Below, piece after piece: positions 23,047 through 35,132 of a stretch of DNA of 64,000 nt; position 1 is the stretch's first letter, and each line of letters starts with the position of its first letter. The notes under the pieces were generated by a model. That model saw nothing but the letters and a program-made list of their open reading frames with translations. It did no database searches and was not told where the DNA came from. The position numbers and the translations under genes are program-made. This DNA is from Trichoplax adhaerens (Eukaryota > Animalia > Placozoa). The stretch covers positions 4,577,216 to 4,641,215 of the forward strand of contig NW_002060949.1 of assembly GCF_000150275.1 (NCBI RefSeq). The letters run 5' to 3'.

Positions 23047-25982
23047 TTAGTTACTGTATGCTCCAGAATTTCTGGCAGCTTCGATTGAAAAAAAAAGATC
23101 TCGACGAAGTCTAGATACAATAGAAGGGATTTGTTTTTTGCCTCGATACATTAAATTATTAGATTGAGATTCTTTTTGAGCAACAAAACAACACACTCTT
23201 GTTAACATTCTCAATAAATCCATGTGTTGGTGATATTGTTCAAAGACTTCAACAACAGCCTGGATGAACCAAGAACCTGCACTATTTCGCCAGGCAAAAT
23301 AACCGGGGGCCGTAGCATATGCAAGTAAGAAATCGCCCTCAGATGGAAGAGTACTACCAACAAAATCAGTCACGTCTTCTTCCTCCGTTTCCTTACTAAG
23401 CGTAGAATCAGGTACATCTGCACCTGAATCAAAATTTTGACCACGACACGCCTGTATAAGTTTGTAAAATGGTATTCGTTAAGATAGCGGTATATGAGTG
23501 TTATGTAATACAATCATTTTAAACAAGAGGAGGTATTTTCAATGCAATCTATCATTACAGTAACGACATGAATATATAATTATAACGATGGAGTTATATC
23601 TATTACAGTAAAAACCTGAATAAAAAATATTTTTGGTTTTCCTGCAAGGGATCTACATTTATCTCCACGAAATTTTGCAAACATCTCTTCTAGATTTACT
23701 TTACCATCCTTTCCATAGATGAAATCGTGTTCCCCGTGACTAAGAAATGCACATGCGAAGCTATCGTAATTTCGATGATCTTTTTTGCTATAATCACTTA
23801 ATTTAGCTACAATTTTTTGAACTGTAAAGTTATCGCATCTATCCACGATATAATTTAGTCTTTTAAAAAGACTCTCGAGTTTATCAGCATCAACCGCACT
23901 TCCATCTCTAGCGTTCATCCCTGTCTGTTGTGAAAATTTTCTAAAATTTTTACAACGAAAACGATATTAGTACCCATTTAACTAATGATACATTTTATTA
24001 GTATACGTCTAATAAAAATGTAGGTACAGTATAATAGATGCATTAGGTGCTCTATAGTGTACATTTAAATTGGGATCGAAAGTGAAATATCAAAATAGTA
24101 AAATTTAATTTGTTTAATACGAAGCTTACTCCTGATTGAATATCACCATGTATCCATGAGGTTTCTTACTCATTTCATAGATTAAATTGTCCGTTTTTAA
24201 AGTATATTTTGCAGTAATTGGTACTTTCTTGATATCGAGAGGCGGATAAATGGAATCGATCTCTTCACCAACTACATGTATCAAGCAATATTAATGAACG
24301 CTTATTAAGGATCCTTCTGAAATCGATTAAATACCTACAATGTTTACTCATATTGTATATACTCTCATTTTAGACTTATTTATAATTCATTAGCATAAAA
24401 TATAATAAAACAAAATGCAATTTTACAAACCTGTAACGGACTGTACATCAACATCTATTTCTTTAGGTAACAGGAGCAGTGTTAACGGTATAAATATGTG
24501 ACATACATATATACATGATTAGAATGACAATGATAAAGTTATTGTAATTATTGTTAAATTTTAGATCGATACTGATAAAATTTAAAATTTAATGAGCTAT
24601 GAAAACATAAAAATTAGTTATTATATAAAGATATGAAATTGCTACCAGGTTGTTTTTCGCTAGTTGGCTCTATAATATATTGAATTGAAAACAAAAGCTA
24701 TGTGTTAATATAAAGTCGAAATATCCTTGCAAGTATGTACGCGTACATGAAAGACTAAGTAAATGCTTTATCAGACTTTGCCATAATACGAGTATATGTA
24801 TACAGGGTAAAGAAAATATTAATCAAGCAACTGTTTTGCTTGAAATACTGCACTTAAAACAGTATATAAAGATTCTTTCATTAAACACTTGAGAAACTAT
24901 GATTTAATCAACCCTGGCCTGATAGCGGTGATAACTAGCAAAATCACTTGGACTAGCATTAGATGGTAAGTGTAACCTAAATAAACTGTGCTCCGTCAAT
25001 TACTGTACTGTACTGTACTGTACATTACTGAACGTGCCTGTAGTGGATCGATTTCCCTGTGACCGTAAATGAGCGGATAATTCAGGATTGATATCAGCCA
25101 GAGCATCGCAAAATTTTCCGAAAGCTTGACTTCCACATGTTTTAATTTGCGTCAACAGTTCATCCACTTTTCTATGAATACAAAATTGCAGAATTATTAC
25201 GCTGTACTCTAAAGTTGATTGTATTAGAACTCCAATCAGACTACCAAGACTTCAATGCTCATCAACTTCGATGAGTTCAATTTACAGCATTTTTCAAGAT
25301 TGCTTTATACCATCAATTATATTACCATACGTTTACCGAGTAGTGATATCCTCATTTGGCTAACTACTGCACCTTGTACTAGAGTACGTTTGCACGATTG
25401 CATTTTGCTGTGTTGGTAAAATACGTAGACAAACAAGCAGATTTTAGTTCAGTCTTTGATTGTGATCCGTATACAAAATGCTCCATGCGTGATTATTTAT
25501 CTCCCACTCCACTATTATTTACCATGTTCATCTTTATTTCAGATATTTTAATGCAAATGTATATCAAAGTTATCGCTGTGTTCTAAAACATGTTTTATGT
25601 CTATGTCATACAGTCAGTATACAGTTGCAGTACAGTTTTATGTTAGTATAAAACGCTCTATTTGTGCGTTAGCTTTAATTCCATTTTTCCTTTTTTTTAT
25701 ACCTGAAATAAGTATCAACACGTTGTACTCTTTTGATGATACGAATGGTAACTTGTTCTACAACATGCACCTTGCGCGAATAGTTAAAATAGAATCGACA
25801 TACCGAAAGTGAGATCTTTGATTTCGAAGCGCGATTATAGAGTAATCATCCAAGACTTTATTGGCAAATAACCTATCACATAATTGTTCAACTTGCTCTG
25901 ATGACAAGTTGTTTTGGATGTTGATTAAGTTCTCTCGCAGCACATCTCGATGTTCTTGCGACATTCCAATAACTTTCGCCAT
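23047..25982 (-). CDS. Caspase B: N-terminal CARD + caspase-3/7-type catalytic domain (~8 exons; small linker exons at 24430-24980 uncertain)
   Basis: Exon 1 MAKVIGMSQEHRDVLRENL...LCDRLFANKVLD (25982-25804); KVDELLTQIKTCGSQAFGKFCDAL; YEMSKKPHGYMVIFNQ; FLSHGE; GKPKIFFIQ|ACRG (intron between Q and A); APGYFAWRNSAGSWFIQ; KKQIPSIVSRLRRDLFF. Confidence 0.9.
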
Positions 25983-27508
25983 TTTTACTTTCAGTTCTGC
26001 CCGTTTGAGATTTTTAATGTCTGGCTTCTTTTGCCTTTTGCCGCGATAGATGTCAAATGTGAAAAGTTAAGCAGAAAAGATAGCAAATTGCTAAGGTTTA
26101 GTATGGTACCGTACGGTTTATATAGGCCATACTACTGGACTACACTACTGTTAGTAATTCATGAATCAGGATACTCTATAGTATTATTATTAGACTGATA
26201 ATATAATTATAGTAAGAGACTATAATGCCCCAATGCAATTCTACGCAATACTATACTGTTATTAAAACGTACCATATGTGGCATACTGTAGTGAAAAGGA
26301 CAAGTAAAACTAGAATATCGTAGCATTTACAATCGGTTAAATGATGGACTTAGCAAAATATTGCTAAAAATTGGATCTTAACCATCACGATGGGCTACTG
26401 GAAATTACTACCAGTAATTAACCCTTTTATTTTCGAATGGTTCATGGCCTAACTCATACTTTCTAGCCTAGGGCTCTTGCTTCATGATTTAGCTATTTCT
26501 TATAGTGGTCTTTCAACATTCTGCATCACCTGCAGTGCCAAACTACAGCTTGTATATTAATAGCTAGGCTGATTACTAATTAGATATAAATTATTACTAG
26601 CCATTTTGCTGGCTGTTTCCTCTGTCTTTACAGCTAGTGATTTGGTCATCTTGTAAGGTACAGCCTATCACTCACACAATATCCTCTTACATCTTCTGAT
26701 TGCATGATATAAGCATTGATAATATAATTAACTAATGAGTAGACCCTAATATCAACAAATGGATATCATTACTTAATGTACATAGGCATGACCTGATAGA
26801 ATAAGAATAATTAGAAGGCTTTCTCTGATCTTATTTTCCATCTGCAATTTCACCCATACTCCTCTCTTCTAACTGTAACTGCAGAGTGTTATTTTACTTG
26901 CGTTTAGATTACTATTTTGTTGTTTTGTAGAAATTTACCAGAAATGTTATCAAGGTAAAAGTGCACCGAAATATTAGTCGAGATACTGATACATACTAAA
27001 CACATTCTACAGCACGTGTATAGCACTGTAATATCGAAAATAAAGTTAGGTAAATGGCTGGCTAATCAGGGACTGCAGCACTCCGCCCCAAAATTAGTGT
27101 AAACATGAAAACTCCTCTCCCCCGTACAAAATTTCTTCATATTGTAGTGGATTATATGTAAGTCCACATACCATAAATCGCTCCGATCTGTGTTCTACTA
27201 GATGAAAAGGTTACTTTTAATGTAGAGTATGTGTAAAATAGTGTTGATTCCATGAAGAAACCAAAGTGTAAAGTAGAGTAGAATATTTGCAATAATTAGA
27301 ATGTCAATAAAACATGACAACCTGCAGGACAGCAGTATGATGATGGAACAAGGAGAAACTTGCTGCCAGTTACAGTACAAGCTACACTAGCAGCTACCCA
27401 GACATGTGACAGCTACATATAGTACTGTACTGTATTGCACTCGGCTCCTCTTCCTTCCAGTAGTCCCTCTAAATACTTAGCAGATTATGGCCTATCTCCT
27501 GTAAGGTC

Positions 27509-28852
27509 ATGGACTACTCGGTTTCAGCTTCAAACATGGAAATAGGTACGAGAATAGCAACTATGCTGTTAGTTCATTGTAGATTATTATAAACTGTAGA
27601 TTGGCAGGTAGAGCACAAGAAATCAAGAGAGATCTTATCACAGGGATCTATGCGTTAGTCGATGTCACTAGCTTCAAAATTGAACATATATATTAATTCA
27701 AATTTTATACTCTGTCTTCAACTCTACTACTGCATTTATAGAAATTATTATTATAATATTAATACGTATCCAATTTCGAAATCGTCTTTGATTGATGTTA
27801 TTGAAGATCATTTTGGGGCATTTCAAATTAAAGTATTCAATTCTGTAAATTACTATTGCATTTCTAGTTGATCCTGAAAGTGGCGGTGGTGCCATATCAC
27901 TATATTATGATGATCTTCATTCTGCGCCGATAAGAGGCCCTATCCTGAGTGAACAATATTTGTATAAGATGGGAAACAAGCCGCATGGCTATGCTTTGAT
28001 TATCAATAATAGGTTAATGATCTACGGTGATACGTTAGGTGTCGTATTTTTTGTATTTATAAACTATCAATCATTAACCGTATACAATTTTATCTCTTTA
28101 TCTTGTTAATAACTAGAAAATTCATTGGGATGCCTGAACGTAAAGGTAGCGATAAAGATGCTGAAGGTATGCAAACTCTATTGGTAAAACTAGGCTACAA
28201 AGTAGCAATGGGCAACAATTTGAGTGCAGCTCAAATGAAAGATGTATTACAACGATGGGCCGCCAGGGATCATAGTACTTGTGATAGCTTCGTATGCGTG
28301 TTATTAAGCCATGGCGAGCAAGGTAAAATATTTGGCACTGATACCGACGTGGATATCGAAGAATTACTTGGACTGTTTAGAGGTAATCGTTGCGCTTCAC
28401 TGGCTGGAAAGCCAAAGTTATTTTTTATTCAAGCTTGTCGTGGTACAAACTTTGATGAAGCTGTCGACAACGTTGACGGCGTTCCTAATGAATCAGCACT
28501 AAATGCAGAAGGTTATGAGGATGAAGTTGATGCTAAAACTCGACAAACATTACCATCTGAAGCAGATTTTTTAATTGCCTATTCGGTTGTTCCAGGTTAT
28601 TATTCTTGGAGAAATTCTACAAATGGCTCTTGGTTTATGCAAGCAGTTATTGACATTTTTACTAAATATTATAAGCAACTGGATCTTATAACAATGTTAA
28701 CTATTGTTAATAATTCAGTTGCAACGGTCGAATCTTCAACAAGTGATCCGAGATTCAATAATAAAAAGCAGATCCCTAGCTGTGTTAACATGCTACGTAA
28801 GCTAGTCTACTTTAATTCAGAAGCAGTCAAAAATCACGGTATTTTTGGTTAA
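27509..28852 (+). CDS. Caspase A': CARD-less duplicate of caspase A (exons 27509/27536-27545, 27868-28012, 28117-28852), intact frame
   Basis: Homology to caspase A starts only at cttcaa.catggaaatag (27529 vs 20093). In-frame ATGs at 27509 (MDYSVSASNMEI) and 27536. Both introns keep GT-AG, and SHG and QACRG are intact. Confidence 0.78.
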
Positions 28853-30865
28853 GTACAAACTGTTAACCTAGAGAATAACTATAGAAGATTGTGATTCTAT
28901 ACTTTTATTCGATGTACTACATTTACACGAATCCTTGACTAGTACTGTAGAACTATAACCTTAAAACAGTATCCCTTTTTACTAGCAGTATCTGTGATTA
29001 TAATCGGAAATTTTTATCTATTGTTATGTAATCTTTGTAATGCGTTAGACTAACATTTTCTATTAAGCTTTTAATATCTATCTTCAACGTAAATATTGGA
29101 ATTATGTTTGTAAGTTCATTTCATGGTTGTACTGAAAAGAAATGTTTTTATGCAGCGGTAATCTAAACTACTGTTTATTTGGCTTACATCTATAAACCCG
29201 GCTGATGACTTATAGATAGTTCCTCACTTACCCATTTCTGATGAAACCGTTTTAATAAAGTATACCTCCATGGCGAGGTATACGCGTACAGTAGTTGGAC
29301 AATATACGAATATACGTTAAGCATAATATTAGATATTGAACCCGGTATATTAACTTTAATAATTTTTAACAACTTCCTAAACTTAAACGTTTAAACCTCC
29401 TTATCGTTAATCATTAGAATGTTGTCATTAAGTAATTCCTATTGGAATTCCAAAATCGTTCAATAATTGCAGTAATTATGCCAATTATTTAGACTATCGA
29501 CTAATAAAGTTTTACAAATCTAATTTTAAATTCATTATTAGTTTTCTAGATACATTGAAGCTATCAATTCTGTAGACTATGTTTCTATAGTTCAGTTGAA
29601 GATACTCTTTCTCTTTTAACTTACATGTCTAAATCTTTGGTTAGGTGTCTATAATCTTTGCAGTTTATTACTAATTTATATGAGTTAAAAGATCGTGTAA
29701 TAAAGTATGAACTATGGATTATAATAATTATTGAGATTTGTCAACTAATAAAGCCTACTGTTAGGCATAAACGCAGTGCATTGATTGTTATTATTCTAGC
29801 TCGTCGACGTAAACGTACATTCTGAGTGTGTCCATTTTTGTTTCAGATACTTGTATATGGGAATTATTGCTATATTCTATAACATGTTTTATATATACGC
29901 TCGTACAGTTGCAGTAGAGTTTACGTTGGCATAAAATACTATATTTGTGCGTTAGCTTTAGTTCTATTTTTTCCATTTTTTATAGTTGAAACAAATATGA
30001 ACACGTAGTACTCTTTCGATCACACGAACGATAACTTGTTCTACAACATGCACCTTGCATGAATAGGTAAAAATACAATCAATATACCGAAAGTGAATTT
30101 GTGAGTTCGAAGCGAGCTTATAGAGTGTTGATCCAAGACTATCGGAAAATAGCACGTCGAATAATTGCTCAAGTTAGTCTACTGACAAGTTCTTTTGGAT
30201 GTTGACTAAGTTTCTTGCAGTACGACTTGATGCTCTTTCGACATTCCAATAATTTTCGCCATCTTTACAGTTAGTTCAGCCCGTTTGAGATTTAATGTCT
30301 AGGTTCTTCTTTTGCTACGTTGGAATTCGAATGTGGAAAGTTAAGTACGATACAAATGTTAGCGAATAAAGTCGAAATAGGAACCGTAAGATCATAACGA
30401 AAAGCGCTTAAAATTTGACAGTGCTCAGATCAGTTTCATTAACAAATACTGATACAGGCTAATCACGATTTTTGTAATACTGTTTTCCAGTCGACTCTAG
30501 TATACCTACGGTATGATAGTTCATTCATTATCTTACAACGTGGATGCTATTGCTGTGCATCGTATGTACTCATTCATGCGTACAGCATAACATCAACGAA
30601 TAGATATCATTACTTAATGTGCATAGGCATGACCTGATAGAATAGGAATAATTAGAAGGCTTTCTCTAATCTTATTTTCCATCTTCAATTTCACCCATAA
30701 TACTACCTTCTAACTGTAATCGTAAAACGTTGTCTTACTATTTTGCTGTGTTGTAGAAATTTACTAGAAATCATTATCAAGGCAAAAGTGTACCAATATA
30801 TTAGTGGAGATACTGATCCATACTAAATAGATTGTATAATACTATAATATGGAAAATAAAGTTAC
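27529..30865. repeat. Tandem segmental duplicate of 20093-27047 with internal deletions
   Basis: 27529-29818 corresponds to 20093-22372; 29833-30345 corresponds to 25530-26072; 30592-30865 corresponds to 26751-27047. Confidence 0.9.
30088..30262 (-). pseudogene. Caspase B' pseudogene: only CARD exon 1 retained, frameshifted
   Basis: MAKIIGMSKEHQVVLQE is followed by a 1-nt deletion (GAA-AC-TTA vs GAG-AAC-TTA), and there is a TAA in the ancestral frame. All catalytic exons are deleted. Confidence 0.85.
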
Positions 30866-31331
30866 GTACGTGTACGTAGATTGTACTTTGGTACTCCAAT
30901 GTTGGCTACAAAATTTCAAGTAAATTACTTTAATGGATTGTACTAAATTTTTCAATTAATCATTGGTCAACAGACCAATGCATTTCTACGAATTATTTCA
31001 TTATCCATAAACAATTGCATTAAGCAATAATCTTTCTAACAGAGACGTCTTATAAATGCGTTAAATCTTTTATTTCAATTCTGTTTGGGAGTATGAACAT
31101 CTCCAATGATTAATAACAGGTCATAACATTCAGCCTGTTCTGGTCTAGTTGTAAAAATTAAACTATGCCAACATCCGCATTCACCTGGGTAATACCTTAC
31201 ACAGCAGCAAAGAGAGTAGCACGTAAGGGTTGCGGACGATAACGAATCGCAGAATGTTTGCATGTACAGTATGTCGTCGGTTAATTGAAAATATCTCATA
31301 AGTAAAATATGTAGCCGCCTTTGGTGTATTC

Positions 31332-34201
31332 TTAATTTGAAATGTATTCTTTATTAATACTTCTTCCGATCAATAGACGTCTGATTTCGCTAGTACCAGC
31401 ACCAATTTCATAAAGCTTAGCATCTCGCAAAATGCGACCAGTTGGATAATCGTTAATATAACCATTCCCACCTATAGCGCAATTGCAGATCGAGAATTTT
31501 AACACGACAATCTATTTTAAAATAGCTCTCTTGACTCATTTACTTATTTTATTAGCTTACCAAGAAGTTGTAGAGCATCAAGTGCAACTTTAGTAGCGGC
31601 TTCGGCACAATACAGAATCACACCAGCACAATCCTGCAACGAGATACAAATAAGATCTTAAAAGTCACATCGAGAACAATATTACAGAAATAGAAAAGAA
31701 TATAAAAGTAGAGCAGGTTATTAGGGAAATGAAGTTATCTTAAGAAGCATACCCTGCTGACGATTCGACCTGCATCACAAGCTCTGGCAACGTTGTATAA
31801 ATAACTTCTACAGGAATTAAGTTTTACGTACATGTCCGCCATCTTTGCTTGTATTAGCTGCGGGAGATTAGAAGCACGAGCAGTTTGAGATCCGATATTA
31901 TATATATACAATAACTCTACAGTCACTCATTAGATCGTGATATTGACCAGTGCTGATTAAATAAATGAATCCTATACAGAGCTTTATATAGGATCGTTTT
32001 ATTTTTGATCTTCTGTGAACTTTACGTAAGGTCTAAATCTATTTCAAATAATCAACAGTACTTTATACTAAAGATTATCATCTATTAATTTAATAAATCA
32101 CGAAGTCACCTTTACCACAGTAATAAAATGCATTATCACGTATTAGTATAGTAAGTAGCATAATATAGTAGTACAGTATAACGTTAAGCTTTTTTATTAC
32201 CTGAAATTGAGCTATTTTTGTATTAAATTGTTCACGCTGATGAACATAAGGATAGGCAACATCAACTGCAGCCTGCATCAAACCTACAGGTCCAGCAGCA
32301 AGGACCAAACGTTCTAAATCCAATCCACTCATTAATACGTAAACTCCTGTCAAAATGATAGTACAAAATGGATTTTAGACATTCGTCAAAACTTAGCTTT
32401 TGACTATATCGCAATTCAATCATTATAATTCATTGCAGTTTACCTTTTCCAGATCCTCCCATAATTTGCGATTCATGTACTTTACAGTCTTCAAATATTA
32501 GTTCGCAAGTATTTGAACCTCTCATTCCCAACTTATCTAACTTTGGGGCTGTTGAAAATCCTGGCATATTCTATAACATCAATTTGTGTTATTATAATAG
32601 TACAATATGTACAACACAACGCAAAATAACAAAAAATTTATCAAGGATACAAGATCCCATACACTACTGAGAATTTATACTTTTTCTATGAGAAAAGTGG
32701 TTATTCCGCGCTGTTTTGCGGATGGATCGGTTTTAGCATAAACCACCAATACGTCAGCATCCGGCCCGTTGGTAATCCAGAATTTACTTCCGTTTAGGAT
32801 ATAATAATCCCCTATTGGATGAATGTACAAGTTATGTTCACAAATCTTTCAAACAGAACAGTTTTTAGCAAGTTCGATCGATATTGAAAAACGAATTCTT
32901 ATATCGGTGCTAAAGCATGGCATTAACGATGTTACAGAATGAAGAGAGTTAGTATGTCTCACCCTTTTTTTCTGCTTTCAGACGCATAGAAACAACATCG
33001 CTACCCGATCCAGATTCACTCATTGCCAACGCTCCAATGTATTCCCCGCTAATGAGCTAGCAATTGTACTGTATGTTATTATTCTTGAGTTTAAACAGAT
33101 TACTTAATACTCGAAATGTAAATTTTAAGTGCTTTAAAGTCGTACAACTATACGTAGAAGAGTATAGGGATTTGATCATTTATTTTTTACTTCATGAATT
33201 GTTGCGATCGATACCTTAGGGAGATACTTTGCTTTTTGTTCATCCGTCCCATTCCTCACCACCTGATTAACACATAGATTAGAGTGAGCACCATAGCTAA
33301 GTGCAATACTGCCACTGCCACGGCTGATTTCTTCCAATGCAATACAATGATGGAGGAAAGTGCCAGCCGTACCACCGAATTCTGCTGGTGCGGTGATACC
33401 TAGTAAGCCCATATTGCCAAGCTTTTTCCAAAATTCTCGAATTTGTGAGAAATTATTGTTGCTATCTATTTCCTGTGCATATGGAGCCAGCTCTTCATTG
33501 ACAAACTTGCGTATTGCACTTCTTAACTGTCAACAGCATAGTAATTATTCGGAATCAAAACGAATAAAAGTAGTAATAATTAATATTACCAATTGATTAT
33601 AATCTCAATACTTTTTTTATTATTATTTTTTAGGTAACGTTCTTTTATTTGTGTTTAGTCTGAAAGTTGCAATATGTGTAGTCAAGTAGAATTTGAAATG
33701 AAATCTTCCAATCAGTAATAGTAATAATACTGTCTTTTATTTGTGCTTAGTTTAAAAGTTGTAGAGTCAAAATGAAGTCAAAATTTGAAATCTTTAAATC
33801 ATTTCAACCAGCTGTCAGCACATCAATCAACGTCAACCCATTCAACTGTTTACGATACTGTACGCTACTGTACAGTGTACAGTAGCGTTGCAGGCTTGCT
33901 TTCGTAAAACTCTTTGAAACATCGATTTGAGAATTGGAGGCGGTAGCTTCTTAATTTTAACTTCAACAGGATCTATCCGATGTACGGACCTCCTGTTGCC
34001 TTGTCCATAAATACCTAGGTGAGATCACATCGTATCTTCCTCTTGCCAGTCTCAAACGCGATGTCTCAAACAAGTCTTTACATTCACGCTTTACCGAGCT
34101 ATGCTCAAAGTAGCACCAAGTTGATCCCGACCTAGTACAAGATCAAATCTGATAGCGATGTATGGAGATTCATAGAGTAATGGTTGAAACTCTTCATTCA
34201 T
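31332..34201 (-). CDS. IVD: Isovaleryl-CoA dehydrogenase, canonical paralog (5' exon uncertain)
   Basis: [37 protein letters not shown]; [12 protein letters not shown]; [19 protein letters not shown]; [15 protein letters not shown]; [19 protein letters not shown]; [17 protein letters not shown] (catalytic Glu); [33 protein letters not shown]. Confidence 0.93.
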
Positions 34202-34636
34202 ATTACTAATAGTAACCAATGCTTGATTTTTGTTCTTGCGATCAACTATCAGTATTTGTTTGTAAATTCGATTGCAACTGAGGATACGCGTAAGCAAGTA
34301 TGGCTGCACACTCTACGTACAGTAAACCGAGTGTAGCCAGTCTGCACACTATGCCTAGTGCTTCTTCTAAGTACAACGACTATGTCAAAATAGTAGGCCA
34401 TTCTTTAGTGTTTTACCTCTTTTTCTTCATCTTGAAGGCCATAGAGATCATCGTCGACAGGAAACGCGGCAGCACAATACTTCCTATTAGCCACTGTTGG
34501 TCTTACGATGCCATGAAGTAATTTCGAGAAGGTCACTGATCGACGGCCGACGATCGAGGACATCTTGACTACCAGCTGGTGTTAAAATAAGAAGTGACGG
34601 CTTGCACTGGCTGACTTATCATTGCGAAATCCCTAG

Positions 34637-34850
34637 TGTACACTGTACAGTACAGTGTCCAGTACGTCTGTCTATCCAGATAGTGTAGTGTAGCGCTAGT
34701 ATACCTGACGTGCTAGTCACTCTGCAATACCGTACACCGAGTGTACAGTGTACAGTACAGTACATGGAGTGAGTACACTGTACTGTACAGTACTGTACTG
34801 TACTGTAGGTGTCTGTCGGACTTTGGAACTACAGTACAGTACATATAAAA
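34637..34850. promoter_or_regulatory. TACAG/CTGTA palindromic arrays in the divergent intergenic region between the IVD paralogs (putative bidirectional promoter)
   Basis: gtgtacactgtacagtacagtg and gtgtacagtgtacagtacagtac...cactgtactgtacagtactgtactgtactgtag lie between the two 5' ends. Confidence 0.45.
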
Positions 34851-35132
34851 GTCCATGCTGTGATACCAAAATATGGACGAGTTTTAGTAGTCTACAGTAT
34901 GACCAGACTGCGTTGCAGGAATTTCTTTCTTGTTCATACGGTACTGTAGTACCTGACCCTGTGACCTCGCATATACTGTACAATGTACATGCGAAGTAGG
35001 TTACTGCAGTGGGATTCTCCTGTATCGATGTATCCATAGTAAGATACTGTACTACAAGCTTAAACGAGCTGATCAACTTTTACTCACTGGCTAATTATTC
35101 AGTAGCTGCAACCAGCGCTAGGAATCGCCAGG

